The notes under the pieces are model-generated. The model was not told the DNA's origin. It saw nothing but the letters and a program-made list of their open reading frames with translations, and did no database searches. Position numbers and translations under genes: made by a program. Positions 46,612 to 59,100 of a stretch of DNA of 64,000 bases are shown one piece after another. How positions within the stretch are numbered: the stretch's first letter is position 1; every line of letters starts with the position of its first letter. Source of the stretch: Tubulanus polymorphus (lineage: Eukaryota; Animalia; Nemertea); the NCBI RefSeq assembly GCF_964204645.1, contig NC_134030.1, positions 16,740,110 to 16,804,109 of the forward strand. Reading direction: 5' to 3'.

Positions 46612-46880
46612 AGTAATAGGGATAATAGGCTTTCAGATTAAAGGTTGAAAGGGCGAGTGAGTAAAAAATGAAAAATATGAAAATAATAATAATTTCTATT
46701 TGAATTAGGAGTGAAACTCATATAAAATGAGAAATAAATTCGAGTGTGCGAGAATTATTTTTCATTTTTCATGAGTTTCGCTACTAATTCAAATAGAAAT
46801 TGCTATTATTTTCATATTTTTCATTTTTTATGAGCTCGACCTTTCGATCTTTGATCTGAAAGCCTATTATCCCTATTACT
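46612..46880. repeat. P3 terminal fold-back hairpin (269 nt)
   Basis: AGTAATAGGGATAATAGGCTTTCAGAT...ATCTGAAAGCCTATTATCCCTATTACT. Confidence 0.93.
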
Positions 46881-47047
46881 AATAGTCCTAATCTGGGCAG
46901 GCTAATATTCTAATATCATTTAAAATTCTAGCAAAGAAACGGATATGATATCAGATGATATCTATGAATTCATTTTCTATACTCGTATATATATTGTCAT
47001 TTTTATAGAAGAAATGGGAAAAGGGGGAGAAGAAAAGAAAGAGGAAA

Positions 47048-47260
47048 GATTTTAGCGGCGCGCCGGTAGCCCGCTAAAATCATCGTTTCGCCAAAGCAAT
47101 TTTAAATTTAGTAGTGCGCATAAATTCTCATCTTCACCCGTCAAGGGATTCGAACCCACTACGCTAAAGCTGTTCTCCAAACCCCTTGACCTCACGAGTC
47201 GTTGGAGTCGTTACTAGCCGACCAGAATCCGGTCGTACCAATCACAGCGCTTGTAACAAA
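47048..47260 (-). repeat. Possible tRNA-derived SINE-like repeat
   Basis: Pol III B-box GGTTCGAATCC on the minus strand near 47146-47156, plus a GC-rich hairpin at 47048-47081; no clear A-box or cloverleaf. Confidence 0.3.
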
Positions 47261-47265
47261 CCGTC

Positions 47266-49770
47266 AGTTCAAGTTCAAGTTCAAGTTCAAATTTATTTCA
47301 CAGAAAACATGACAGGCTGTGTACACAGGTTGATAGAAAACAAACAATAACATTTACAATTTTTTTAAACAAAGCAGAATTATAAAAAGAGAGAGAGAAC
47401 AGTAGCTTTCAGTGTGGGCCAAGCAAAGCCTTTAGGCCGCTGTCGCAAGCACCCAGGGAAAAAAAACGAAAGGGAAATGAAATAAAGGGGAAGGAAATGA
47501 AAGTTGATGATTTTTTATAATTTCAGGAGAGTTTATATGAGTAAGCTAGAGGGTTCAGGAGAGTGAGCAATTATAACAATTAGGGTTATTACATTGATGG
47601 ATATCATTGTAGGCGGAGAGGTGAGATATGGTCTGAGTTTACATTTTAAATTTTGAAAGAATGTTTTGAGGTGAATTTTGATGCGGGGTTGGCGGTGTTT
47701 GTTTCGAAAATAAAGAATGTGCGTGGTCTAAATATATGCTTTTTCTGATGTTGACTGAAGGAGATAAGTTTTCCGCGGTGAAGTAATTAGAAAAGTAATG
47801 GGGTGAAGATTTGATGGTGTTTTGAATAAAAAGTGCAGTTTTAAGGATGAGGACATCATTGATTTTGAGGATTTCAAGATTTTTAAAAAGTAGAGAGAAA
47901 GTAAATTTTGTGTGTCTAGGATGTTTTTAGTTTTGTTTATGATACCAGTAATTTGTGAAATTTTCTTGTGTATTTTGTCGATATGTGGTTTCCAGTTCAG
48001 ATTTTCATGTATTGTCAAGCCGAGGAAATCTATTTGTTTTACTCTTTCAAGTTCAAAGTTGCCTATTTTGATTTGTTGTATGTGGTTTATGAATGGTCTT
48101 CTCTGATAATTATGAAATATGATATATTTAGTTTTGTTTAGATTAGGGGTAAGTTTATTAGCGATAAGCCAGTCATTCAATATGTTTAGGTCATAATTAA
48201 TATACTGTATGAGTGTGTTGAGGTGTGTATGAGAAGCAATGCAATTTGTATCGTCAGCGAATAATATGTACTTCATGTTTACCGTGGAGGCATAGATATC
48301 ATTGATGTAAATTAGAAAGAGAAGTAGACCTAGGATGGAACCCTGGGGTACACCGATGTTTGAGGATAATGTAGAGGAGTTGTAGGATTTGTACGAAACG
48401 TATTGTTGACGATTAGAAAGATATGAGGAAAACCAATCTCTTGCTATTCCTCGGATGCCGTAATGTTCAAGTTTATCTAGTAGTATATCGTGGTTAAGAG
48501 TGTCAAAAGCCTTCGAAAGGTCCAGGAAAATGCTTATTGTCCATTCATTGTTATTTAGTGAGTTAGAAATTCTGTCTATGAGTTTGAGTATTGCATGTTC
48601 GTTTGAATGGCTGTGTCGGAAACCATATTGGTTAGGAAAAAAGGTGTTTGTCAATGAATTTAGATAGTCGTTTATGTACAAGTTTTTCGTAGATTTTGGA
48701 AAGTGAATTTAGTAGTGAAATGGGTCGATAATTTTCGATCAGGTTTATGTCACCTTTTTATGTAAAGGTGTTATTTTAGCTATTTTAAGTAAATCGGGGA
48801 ATTTGCCTGTTGAGAAGGATTGATTTAAAAGGCAAGTTAGAGGGTATGATATGTGGTTGATGATTCCCTGTAGGGTGTATGTGGAAATGTTGTCATGACC
48901 ACTTGAGTGTTTTGTTTTGAGATTATTTATAGTTTCTATGACTTCTCTTTCGCACACTGGCATGAGGAAGATGTTAGAGTCGGATCTAGGTAAATTGTTC
49001 AGTGTTGGTAGTGTTGGTAGTGTTGAGAAGGCATTTGAGATAAGGGAAGTTCATTTGCTAGATGTTCACCAATTTGATTGAAGTGATTGTTAAAAGAGTT
49101 GGCAATTTTGATTGGGTCGGTAGTCTTAATGTTGTTAATTTTGAATGAGTGTGTAATGTCTTGTTTATTATTAGTTTTCCCGATTACTTCCCTCAGGATT
49201 TTCCAGGTGTCTTTTATGTTGCCGTTTGCCATTTTTAAGGATTCTTGGTAGTGAAGTTTTTTGGAAAGTCTAATGATTGAGTTAAGTTTGTTTCTGTATG
49301 TTTTGAAGTTGTGTAGTTCGATAGCACGTAGGATTTCATTTTTTATAGACATTAGGTGTATGTATTTTTTATCTTTGTTCTGGATCGATTGAATTATGCC
49401 TTTAGTTATCCATGGGCTTCTTGGTGTGTTGTATTTGTTTCGTTTCAGTTTTTTTGAAGTGGTTTCTGAATTAATTATTGTGCTTAAGGTCGCTGAAAAT
49501 GATTCGAATGTTTCGTTTATTGAAAGGTTCTTGTTTAGGAGTGTTGGGAAGTCAATATCGCTGAGTTTATCACATATATTGTTAAATCCTTGTTCACTGA
49601 TAAAATTTTTTGTGTACGTTTGTTTACTATTGGGTTTTTGTTTTGTTCTGTGACTACACGCAAAAGTGATAAAATGGTCCGAGAGTGGTGTTGTAAGGAT
49701 GCCCGAGTAATAGTTATGTGAGTTAGTAAATATGTTGTCAATTAGAGTGGCAATTAGAGTAGACTTATAA
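47266..49770 (-). mobile_element. CR1/L2-group non-LTR retrotransposon, 5'-truncated and frameshifted
   Basis: RT motifs QYGFR, FLDLSKAFDT, GVPQGSILG and LFADDT; PWIT motif upstream; 3' end AATAAA followed by (TTGAAC)n. Confidence 0.92.
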
Positions 49771-50241
49771 TGGTTTTCCCGTTAAATGGACCAATCAGCG
49801 AACGTTTTACCGAACAAGGAAGTATTTCGCAAATCGATATATGACGTCATGCGCAACAGCGCCAGTAATGAAATCACGCTTCGTGAGGCCAGGGGGCTGG
49901 TGGAAGCGAGTTCGGGAGTGATACTGGACCCCTGGCAAGCGAGGATGATATATTCTCAGATGGCACGATTCCTATTCGGCACGCAACACCGGTACGCCAT
50001 ATGGTGCTGCCGCGTAGTGGAAACTTTCATACTTGAGCGCAAATCAATATGGCGCGTCGGTCGAATCGAGAGGCTTGTAATCGCAGTTATTTTGCCCTGG
50101 TTTCATCGTATCGAATGTTGTTCGTCAGACCAATGGTAAGTGACAATTTTGAAGGAAAAATCGGCCTTATGTAAATGTACATGCTCTCAGAGCATGTACG
50201 AGAGCATGTACATTGTCAAAACGTCGCACTGAGAGTCTCAG

Positions 50242-53200
50242 TAGGAATAGGAACCTTATTTTTAATATTCTTCACAGCTATGGCAAGTTGCATATCAAAT
50301 GAAAGATAAGGAAATACTTATTTAGAACAGAAAAAACTTTAAGATCGGTGGGTAGGTTAACAAGTTACGGATTGTTGAAGTATCCATGACAACTCGATCA
50401 TTCTGCCAAAACCTATTTTGGTTCGATGTTGGGGGGTTATGAAGCTGTATATGGTCTACTACACCGTGTAATATATCATATTAAAGGTATTTTGAAGGGG
50501 GATAGCTTCATTTATGAAAAAACTAACATATATTAGGCCTTACAAACATTGAGAGCCATTTATTATGATTTATGGATCTTTTGTTTGTTGGTGCGAAACT
50601 GATGTCGAAAAATTATCAATTCATTCTTTTGCCACAAACGTTTTTTTCAGTAATGGCTAATGCTGACCCTCGCTCCAAAGGTTTACTTACCAATTGTCTC
50701 AATTGCCTACCTATACTTTTACATTATTATTAACCTATAAATCCATAGTACCCAGGTCTTAACCCGCTAAACACAAGGTAATTTCACGCGTTTTTGAGAA
50801 GAGTGAGGACGTACAGCTTTTGATGACAAGTTTCATTGTTTTGACGAATAATGAGGTAAAGGTAAGAAAAAAATCATGATATACTTACCATTTAATAAAT
50901 CAGCCAAGTGATAATCCAGATAATCCACAAGTAATACTAACATGGTAAATTGTTTAATGCACAGTTCAGTTCCAATTCAATGATTCCGTAACGAAAAATA
51001 GTTTTTATGTACATATATATGAGTTAACTAATTATTGTTCAATTCGCATATTTCCTTCTTTGATTTCATTTTAAATGTTTTCCACGTATAAATCATCGTC
51101 ATTATCATACAGGATGTTGAACCACTGTGGATAACCGGGCACAGATGAAATTATAGTTGCCAAATAATCTTCTACGTGGCCTTCGTCATTTGGTAAGTCT
51201 TCATCTTTTACCAACATTGTGTGCCGAATGCGTTTGCCGATCATGCTATTTGGTGAGGGAGTATTGATTTCGATTTCATATGCATTGGTAATCAGTTTCT
51301 TCACATTAGCTGACAACTCTTCAATGGACAGGTTTCGTCTTTTGTTATCGTGAGTCTTCACCGAAAAACAGTATAAGGTGGCATCGGATACTTCTTGTTT
51401 GAGAACCTGTTGACGAAATCGAATCTGAGCTTTTAGTGCCATTTCACGATCTCCCTTTGTTTTCAGCACCTTAGTTATCATATTCTGCACCTGCTCAACA
51501 CTTTGCCATAAACCATAGAAGAGGATGTCTCTGGTAATTAATTCTTTTTCTTTCAGTTGTTTTTCTTGCTTTCTTTTTTCATCTCTGATTTGTCGCTCCT
51601 GGTTCTCTCTACGCTGTTTAATTATTTCTTCTCGTCTTTGCTGGTTTTTAATTTTGATTTTCTTGCTGTTCTTCGTTGCAGATCTTATGAGTTCATGTTG
51701 TTCCTGTGTTGTTTTGCTGTTCAGCCATTCTGTCGTATTATTGAGTGAAAACATGATATATGCCTCCATGCTGATGTGTTTCATATTGGGCTTACAACGT
51801 AGCAAGTTATCTGTATAAGCAAATACCCTTTCGGCAAACTTGTTGTGTTTTTGCACCGATTTTGTGACGTCTAGACTCACTGGAGTTGTTGTAGTACATT
51901 CCGCCCTCTAAAAACTGCATATAATGCTTGCTGAGGAGTTTCGAGATAGCAGGTAAAGAAACTGAGAGAATAACCTCACATTCGGTATCGTAGGTTGACG
52001 GCTGGATAAGGTAATCATAAACGGCGTCCATTTTAAGTTTTTCATCATCAAAGGGTTTCATTTTTCCGGTCATGAATTCTGCTGTGCTGGTACTTGCCCT
52101 TTGTAGAAATTGAATTAATTCAGTGATGTATTTTGTAAGTTCTAATATATGAATCTGTCTGTCTTCGATTACCCTCCAAAGGGGAGCAGTTACTAGTTTG
52201 CTGATCAATCCTAAGGCTTTGCAGCCTGCGATATTTTCGTTGATTTTGAGATCAGCGAGGTCAGATCTTTGGAGTCGATTTTTTGAGCCAGTTGATTGAA
52301 GATATTCAGTCATCTTTTTGTGTAGGAAATACACAAAACCTCCATTGAAGAATATAATATTGAATCTGTTGCCTCTAAATGGTACTATAGGTATTGACCG
52401 CATTCCGTTGTCTTTTAAGAAATCATCTACGAAAATCTTGAATTGCCCATACGCCCCAGACTTCTCATCTCTGCCACGAGAAAAAGCTTTCGCTGCTGTC
52501 CGTATTAAACGGATGACTCCAGGTTCATTTGGTTGGATTATTTGTGGGCCACATGTTAATTTATCTGGTGTTTTGGTATTTTCCAGTTCCATGATTGTTG
52601 TTTGAGTGACTTCAGCAACTTGAACAAAGCTGTGAAGTCCACAGAAGAAATTGTTTAGAGTTTCGATCGGTTTTCTGTCATCCGATGAAAGAGAATCCCA
52701 GTTACTGACCACGACAGGTAAAATATTCTTCCGGTAATTTTCTAGAAGTTCATGCCATTTTAATTCTGTTGCTGCTCTATCAGACATAGTATTCCTGATG
52801 TTACTTAATACTAGTTTTCCAGCGTTGTTGTTGGTTGCCGTACTCTGATCGTCTATATCTTGGAGGACTCCTTGGAATGCATAAAATGTGTCATTGGCTG
52901 ATTTTGTTGCCAGGTCTCTGACACCAAGAACCCAGTATCGTTGATCAGAGTCAGTTGCGTGATATCCGATATACTTTTCTCCAAATTTTGATGTTTCATC
53001 CGAGTACAGGGTAGTTTGAGATTTAGTCGAGAATTCTTCGCTTAGCTGTTTTTGTGAGAGCCCGAGTCGTTCAATGTTCATATTTCGAATTGTTTTTTCA
53101 GATGGTAATTTTGATGGAGTTTTATCGATGAATTGTAAACAGGCGGTTATGACTGGTCCGATATGGGTGATACCTACGTGTTCCTTCAATAGTTTGTATA

Positions 53201-54959
53201 TCAGTTGCCGAAATTTGGATGAAAAGCAGTTACTTTCCAGATCGTATGTTTTCACTGTGTCTTCATTGAATTCTTTGATTTGATCTTCTAGTTTCTTGAT
53301 TTTTTTCCGCGAGCTGTAAATTTTCTTCTTTCAGTTTTTCATTTTCTGATATAGCATTATCGAGGATTTCGTTTTGTATGATTGGTACAGTTGTTTCATT
53401 CGCATTCTTTGTATATTTACAACGATAGTATTGTTCCCGTGCGGCTGTTCTTTTTAGGGTTGACTTAGTTGACTGTAATCTGTATGTTAGGGACTTGTTT
53501 TCGTTTTCATAGATAGTGAGTTTCTTAACTGATTCATTTAGTTTCTCCTGTGTATTCAAACTTGATTGACGGGTTGAACATGGTAAGATTTTTTCTGATG
53601 ATGACACAGTGGTTGATGATGGGAATGATGCTGATGGGGCTATACCTGATGTGGTTGACGCTGATGGTGGAAGTTTGAATTCTTTTTCTAACCAGTCTTC
53701 ATACTCTAATTGATTTCCGACGCGATGTAAACTTTTTGCTCTGTCACTGTTCGATTTTATTAGTCTACGAATGGACGATTCTAAACTCTTGGTTGAACAC
53801 TGGTTAGCAGATGGAATCGTGTTCTGAATGTACAGTAGTGTAGTGTTGATTTTGCCATGATCTTTATAATGTTTGATAATGTCGTGAATTTTCAAAGCAC
53901 GGCCGGTATCCATATTACTGAAAAAAAGATAAAAGATCATTTATTAATATTTTCATCGTTTTTGTTTTTTATTTGGCACTGCTCATAGTATTTTTCTTTT
54001 TGGTTTGTTCGAAGGGCTTGTATAAGAATAATGTTTCCAGTCTTCAAGTCAATTTTATTAATCGTAGAAACACTTAGGCCTGATTAATTTGGTCTCAACA
54101 TGATTTGTATTAATGCCTAATTTCCTCGTAATTTCACTTTCTTGTGATATGATATAAATTTAAGAATGTCTGTAAATTTGTATATGTTTGAATATTATAT
54201 GTATGTGAAATAAAAGTGTGAGCTTGGGAGATTCAGAATGTGTAATTTGGTGGCTCTTTGTTTGAGTAATATCTGTGTGAATATTCCTGGAAATGTCAAA
54301 ATCCACGTGCAATTGTTTACGTTTGACGCGCCTATTATATTGATCGCGCGGCACCGACCGGCCTGTCAATATTGGCTTCGCGGAAAAATGCGCGACATTG
54401 GAACTTAAATTTGTTTCATTCGATGACTAAAAAACAATACAAAGATCAATATTTTTTGTGAAGTTTTAGCGAGGAAATATTAATTTCATTCAATTTTTCA
54501 TCTTAATTCCGAAAATAGTAGTGCAAAATGTACTCACCGTTCGTTGATGACCTATTTCTTGCATTGATTTTTGACGATTCGTTAAAATATCAGCCTAGAT
54601 TAGCAGACGCGTCATCTTTAACCTTGACATGTCAAAATATTTTCCCAGAATCCCTTTCGTAACATGCCTGAACCAATGGAATTGCCGTCGATTAAAAACG
54701 TAAACAAACAAAATGGCCGACAATGTGCGCGATCGACGTGGAATTTACCTTGTGTTTAACGGACTATAAATCTTAATAAAAGGAATACAAACGATTTGTG
54801 TACATTTAGACCGTAAGTTAAGATTGTATTCTATGATTAGTGACCTTTATTTTCATACAAATCTGGATAAACAGCCGGATGGAGACGGATTAAAATTTGG
54901 TCTCGCTCCATACTGGCAGAATATAAATCCAATATGGCGGACATCGGTTCCTATTCCTA
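50242..54959 (-). mobile_element. hAT-related DNA transposon (7-bp TSD type, hATw-like), 4.7 kb
   Basis: 14-bp TIR TAGGAATAGGAACC; TSD GTCTCAG at 50235-50241 and 54960-54966; encodes a transposase. Confidence 0.8.
51071..53940 (-). pseudogene. DDE transposase (hAT/P/MULE-like CxxH group) in three frameshifted pieces
   Basis: SDETSK, MSDRAATE, FFCGLH and NKFAERVFA; probable upstream exon, with donor near 54537 and acceptor near 53918. Confidence 0.75.
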
Positions 54960-55219
54960 GTCTCAGTGCGACGTTTTGAATGATCAATGAACCGTAACTT
55001 GTAAGCAATCAGGACGTCGATTGAAAGAGGGCCTACATTCACGGGGGTTTGGCGATGGGCTTGGATCGTGTTTTCTTATGTGGTTGGTTGGATTGTACTT
55101 CCGGGTTGTTGATAATCTCGCGAGAATGGCCCTAAAGTAAATATGAACTGCAAATAAATTCAAAATATCAAAGAAATACCTCGTGTTAATGTTGTTTATT
55201 TATCCGCTAGGCCTATTAA

Positions 55220-58083
55220 TAGGGATTTCAGGTCACGTGATCAAAATGTGTCATAATTAGCGTTTTCCACGCTTCAAATTTTCAATCGCTCATAAAAAAC
55301 GTATTCTATATCCGATTAAAGCCAAACTTGCTCAGTATACTCAATTTACCGGTTATTTGTTGTGGTGTAAGTTTCATGAGTGTATCTTGCATAGTTAGGG
55401 AGCAATAAGTCGTAGTTCAGCGCGAGTCGGCTCATTTCTAGGAAACAAGATGGCGGCCATGTTTGTTCATGCATTTTTCAAACACGTGAAAAACGCATGC
55501 AATTTTTTGGGTCAAACCCGCGAACCGGCTGCTGATTGGCTGGATATTTGACCTCAGAATATTTTAAGAACATGTTTCATGTAGAGCATGTCGGTGCGTG
55601 CAAGTTTTGGTAGGCCCTGTATCACTCGGAAAAAGTCGTAAACATAATTCAAAGTGCTCATACGCTAAAATTAATAATTTTAAAGGCCGACTTTAAGTAT
55701 AAAAGGCTCATCATCTGTCAGACATGGCAGTATCTGTGAACCCATGGAGCAGTCAAGAGCTCCGCCGTTGAAACTGGAATTTCCGTAATATCTCTGTCAG
55801 TTAACCGATTTGGACCCTCCTTTTTGTCAGGGATATGTGTAAACATGTAATATAGTCATATCTATGGTTTAAAATTTAGTTTAAGCCCTCCTTCATGCAT
55901 AAATTAGCAATTTACTTAGTGCATTCTTCAAATTTTCAAATCTTTGAATGACAAGCTGGGAGGAGTTACTCACATCACCACAGAGAGCACAGTGACCTGT
56001 AGTCATAAACCTATATAAACAAAACAGTTGCAGCTCTTTAGTGCGTAATTTTGGGGGTTAGAAAACTTTTGACCTGAAAGTTGTATCAAACTGAAAATTT
56101 ATATATCATCTTAACATCTCATCAGTAACAATGTGTGAAAATTTCATCAAAATTGAATAAATTGAAAATACAGATTTTATGTTCAACTCCATTATTACTG
56201 GAGGAATTCTTATAAAAAACATCTACAAAATCAGCGAATTCTAATTAAGAAGATTACTATGACCAAAATGATATCAAATGTATACGAAAAAAGTTTTTTT
56301 TTATGTGTCACTGTGATACTGTGTGATACTGGTGTGAGCCAGATGTGTTCCAGTAAACACTATAAACAAACTACCGCTTGCTAGTTGCTAGTGGGATGTG
56401 GCCTGCACTGCAAATCTCAAGTACCAACCGGTGGGTTTTTGGACCTCCATTTGAGTCGGCCTTTAACAACTTGCACTCTACTACACAATAAAATAAGATA
56501 CTTTATGTATTGTTTTCAATTATTACTCAGTAGTCTTTCGCGGATTTTGACCTAAAGTCGGCAAGGCACTTCAAATTGTTTACATCCGGGTCACTACCGG
56601 CTCCACACCGGCTGCCAGCTGATCAATCAAAACACTTCCTGGTTCATTTTTACCACTCTAAATGTCAATTTAGCAAGTAAAACACCACTTTCACTCAATA
56701 AACTCATACTTTATTACGAAATCGGCAATATATAAGACGAATAATGGTTAGGCCTACCCAATTTAAAAACTTTGAGTATTTTGCACAAGAATCCCAAGTT
56801 TTGTCTAAATTTTAGCTCATTTTTTGCTAAAAAGAAATTTTATTTTTCCTATCTGCTTCACCTCTAGTTAATCATCTCATCTTGAATACTAGGATATCCC
56901 TCGGAAAAGCAGTTGTTATTTATTTGTTCATGGTTTTTCAATTCCAATTGACCCTTTCGCTAAATAACTGCCGCTGCTAGGCCTAAAATACCCACCAACC
57001 AATGGTTAATCAAATAGATTCTAGACGATTATATTATCAATTTTCTTTTTCATTCGAATGACTTGCCTAGAAGCAAACCTTTAATTAGATACCAAACATG
57101 ACATACTTTTTTAAAATTGACTTTCCGATGAAATATCGACGCAAAACAAGATGGCCGCCATTCCTAGAGCCTCAATTTGAGATATCATGATATAGATATT
57201 TCATGGGTAAATCCGTTAGGGCCTAGGGATCTCTTAAGAAAAACAAAGGCTTTTCCATTCATTTCAATTTGATTTAATTTCGGAAAACCATGTAGTAGGC
57301 CTAGATCTCTTCAACGCTTTATCCTATTCTTCTGCGGCAAGTGAGTATCTGAAATATAATGATATTATTAGTATCTTTTATTTCAGAAGGCTTTAAAACA
57401 TTGAACTTATCCACTAAGATTAGTTATTTCAAATAATAAAGGTCTATAAGGCCATATCGAATCAACTAAAATACATTAAAGATGTAGTTAATTAGATTCA
57501 AGATGGCTGCCTTGCTACTTACCTTGTGGTTACCATGGTAATTGGTATCACCCTGATGCACGATATCTTCGGTATATTATCTCAAAATTGATATTCCGTG
57601 TCTTCAGTATCATTTATCTTGAGGAATAAACTATAGTATTGTGTGTTAATGGTTACAGTAGTGGGTATTAATTAGATAATTAGTATGCAAATTAGCCTAA
57701 TTTACATATTTGTGCAATTACTTACGTGAATCTAAACAAACTTTGTATAGACAACATACTGACCAAGTTTTGTTTTAAACGGATAAAAATTCTCGGAGTT
57801 ATATTGGTTTTAATGTTGAATTTAATTCCTTTATCTGGCTAAAAAGCAGCAAAACCTAGACACTTCCTGTCTGATAGTTTCATTGGAAATGAAACTAAAG
57901 TGTATTGCGCAATCGAATGACAAAAATACCCCAAATTTCCACCCTTAGATTGCTTATAACTTTTGAACCGCTTGACCAATTTTGATTCTGTAAAGTGCTG
58001 TATGCTTATGCTATCCCCTTCTTCATTTTAAGCTATTAGAACGACACATAGGACACATAGAAATTTTCAACCTGAAATCCCTA
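55220..58083. mobile_element. Non-autonomous DNA transposon with TAGG termini and a 7-bp TSD, 2.9 kb
   Basis: 14-bp TIR TAGGGATTTCAGGT; TSD CTATTAA at 55213-55219 and 58084-58090; no long ORF. Confidence 0.85.
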
Positions 58084-59100
58084 CTATTAAAAGTTCCAAT
58101 AAACAATTGGCTGTTAAGGATCTGTATCAGATGGTCGCGACGCTTTACTATATAAAATCACAAGGGATGAAACGCCAGGCCTCGTAAATTTCCAGCCAGA
58201 AAGTTCGGACAATCACGTGACATCCTGATGACGTCATCATGTTTAAAACTTCAACATGAAAAGTTAACACATTCACAGACCGATATTCATTGTCAGATTA
58301 TGATTCATATGAAATTAATAACTTATGAAGAATAACATATGATCAATTATATAATTCATAGATAAGAAATTGCATTTGAATGAAAGTTATTCTCAAATAT
58401 TTTCCGTATTATAGTTTTCATCGTCGATGCTTCAGATCTTTCCTACATTTGAGAACACGTAACTACAATTGTAACGCCAGGAGTCGCTACCTGACGGTGT
58501 ATTTTATTTATTTCGGGATTTTGATTTTTATAATTGCGCATGCGCCACTTTTGAATAATCCTTTGGATTTGTAACGGGATTTTTGAATGATGCAGCGCAC
58601 GAGGTGGTCGGTTGAGTCCAACAAGTTCAAACTCCACAAGTAATCGGTGTCCGAGGCAAGTCTATGAATATTTGAAAACGATGAATCAACTTTACCAAGT
58701 TTCAGCACTGTATGACATTACATGCCAACATGTGTAGGCCTGAACTTTGATTTAGAGAAATCCACTCCTCAACCTTTCAGCATCCTCATTTGATCTGTAT
58801 ATATATTGAAGTTCTATCAAAAGGTTTAACAAAAGAATTCGCATATCTTTATTTTCATCTTATTGTAAAACACAAGTTTGGATGAACCAAATGTAATCTA
58901 TAAGGAAGGCAGGCCATCAATCTCAATGACCAAATTCTATATGATAACAGCTTATTTTTGACATGATCCATTCATCATCAGGTAGGCCTACCATCAATGA
59001 TCACCACGGTTAAAAATGGACAATAAGGAGAACATCAATTGCATCAGTGATTCACAAATCGTGAAGTGGTAAGATTCGCATCCACCTGTCTGATGACTAA

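Larger units (their letters stand above)
22372..46880 (-). mobile_element. Polinton copy P3, truncated; split by the insertion of P4
   Basis: Hairpin end 46612-46880; polB runs 46305 to 43371 and resumes at 25229 to 24895; then small ORF, penton and membrane-protein ORFs. Confidence 0.92.

Noticed and set aside
1-46880. Four copies as a mis-assembly of one element
   Set aside because: The copies differ substantially, carry private lesions and distinct hairpins, and P4 has a clean TSD.
47100-47200. Functional tRNA gene
   Set aside because: Only a B-box/T-arm is recognisable; no cloverleaf could be built.
49786-50139. 117-aa ORF
   Set aside because: No motif; lies in GC-richer repeat-like DNA between two elements.
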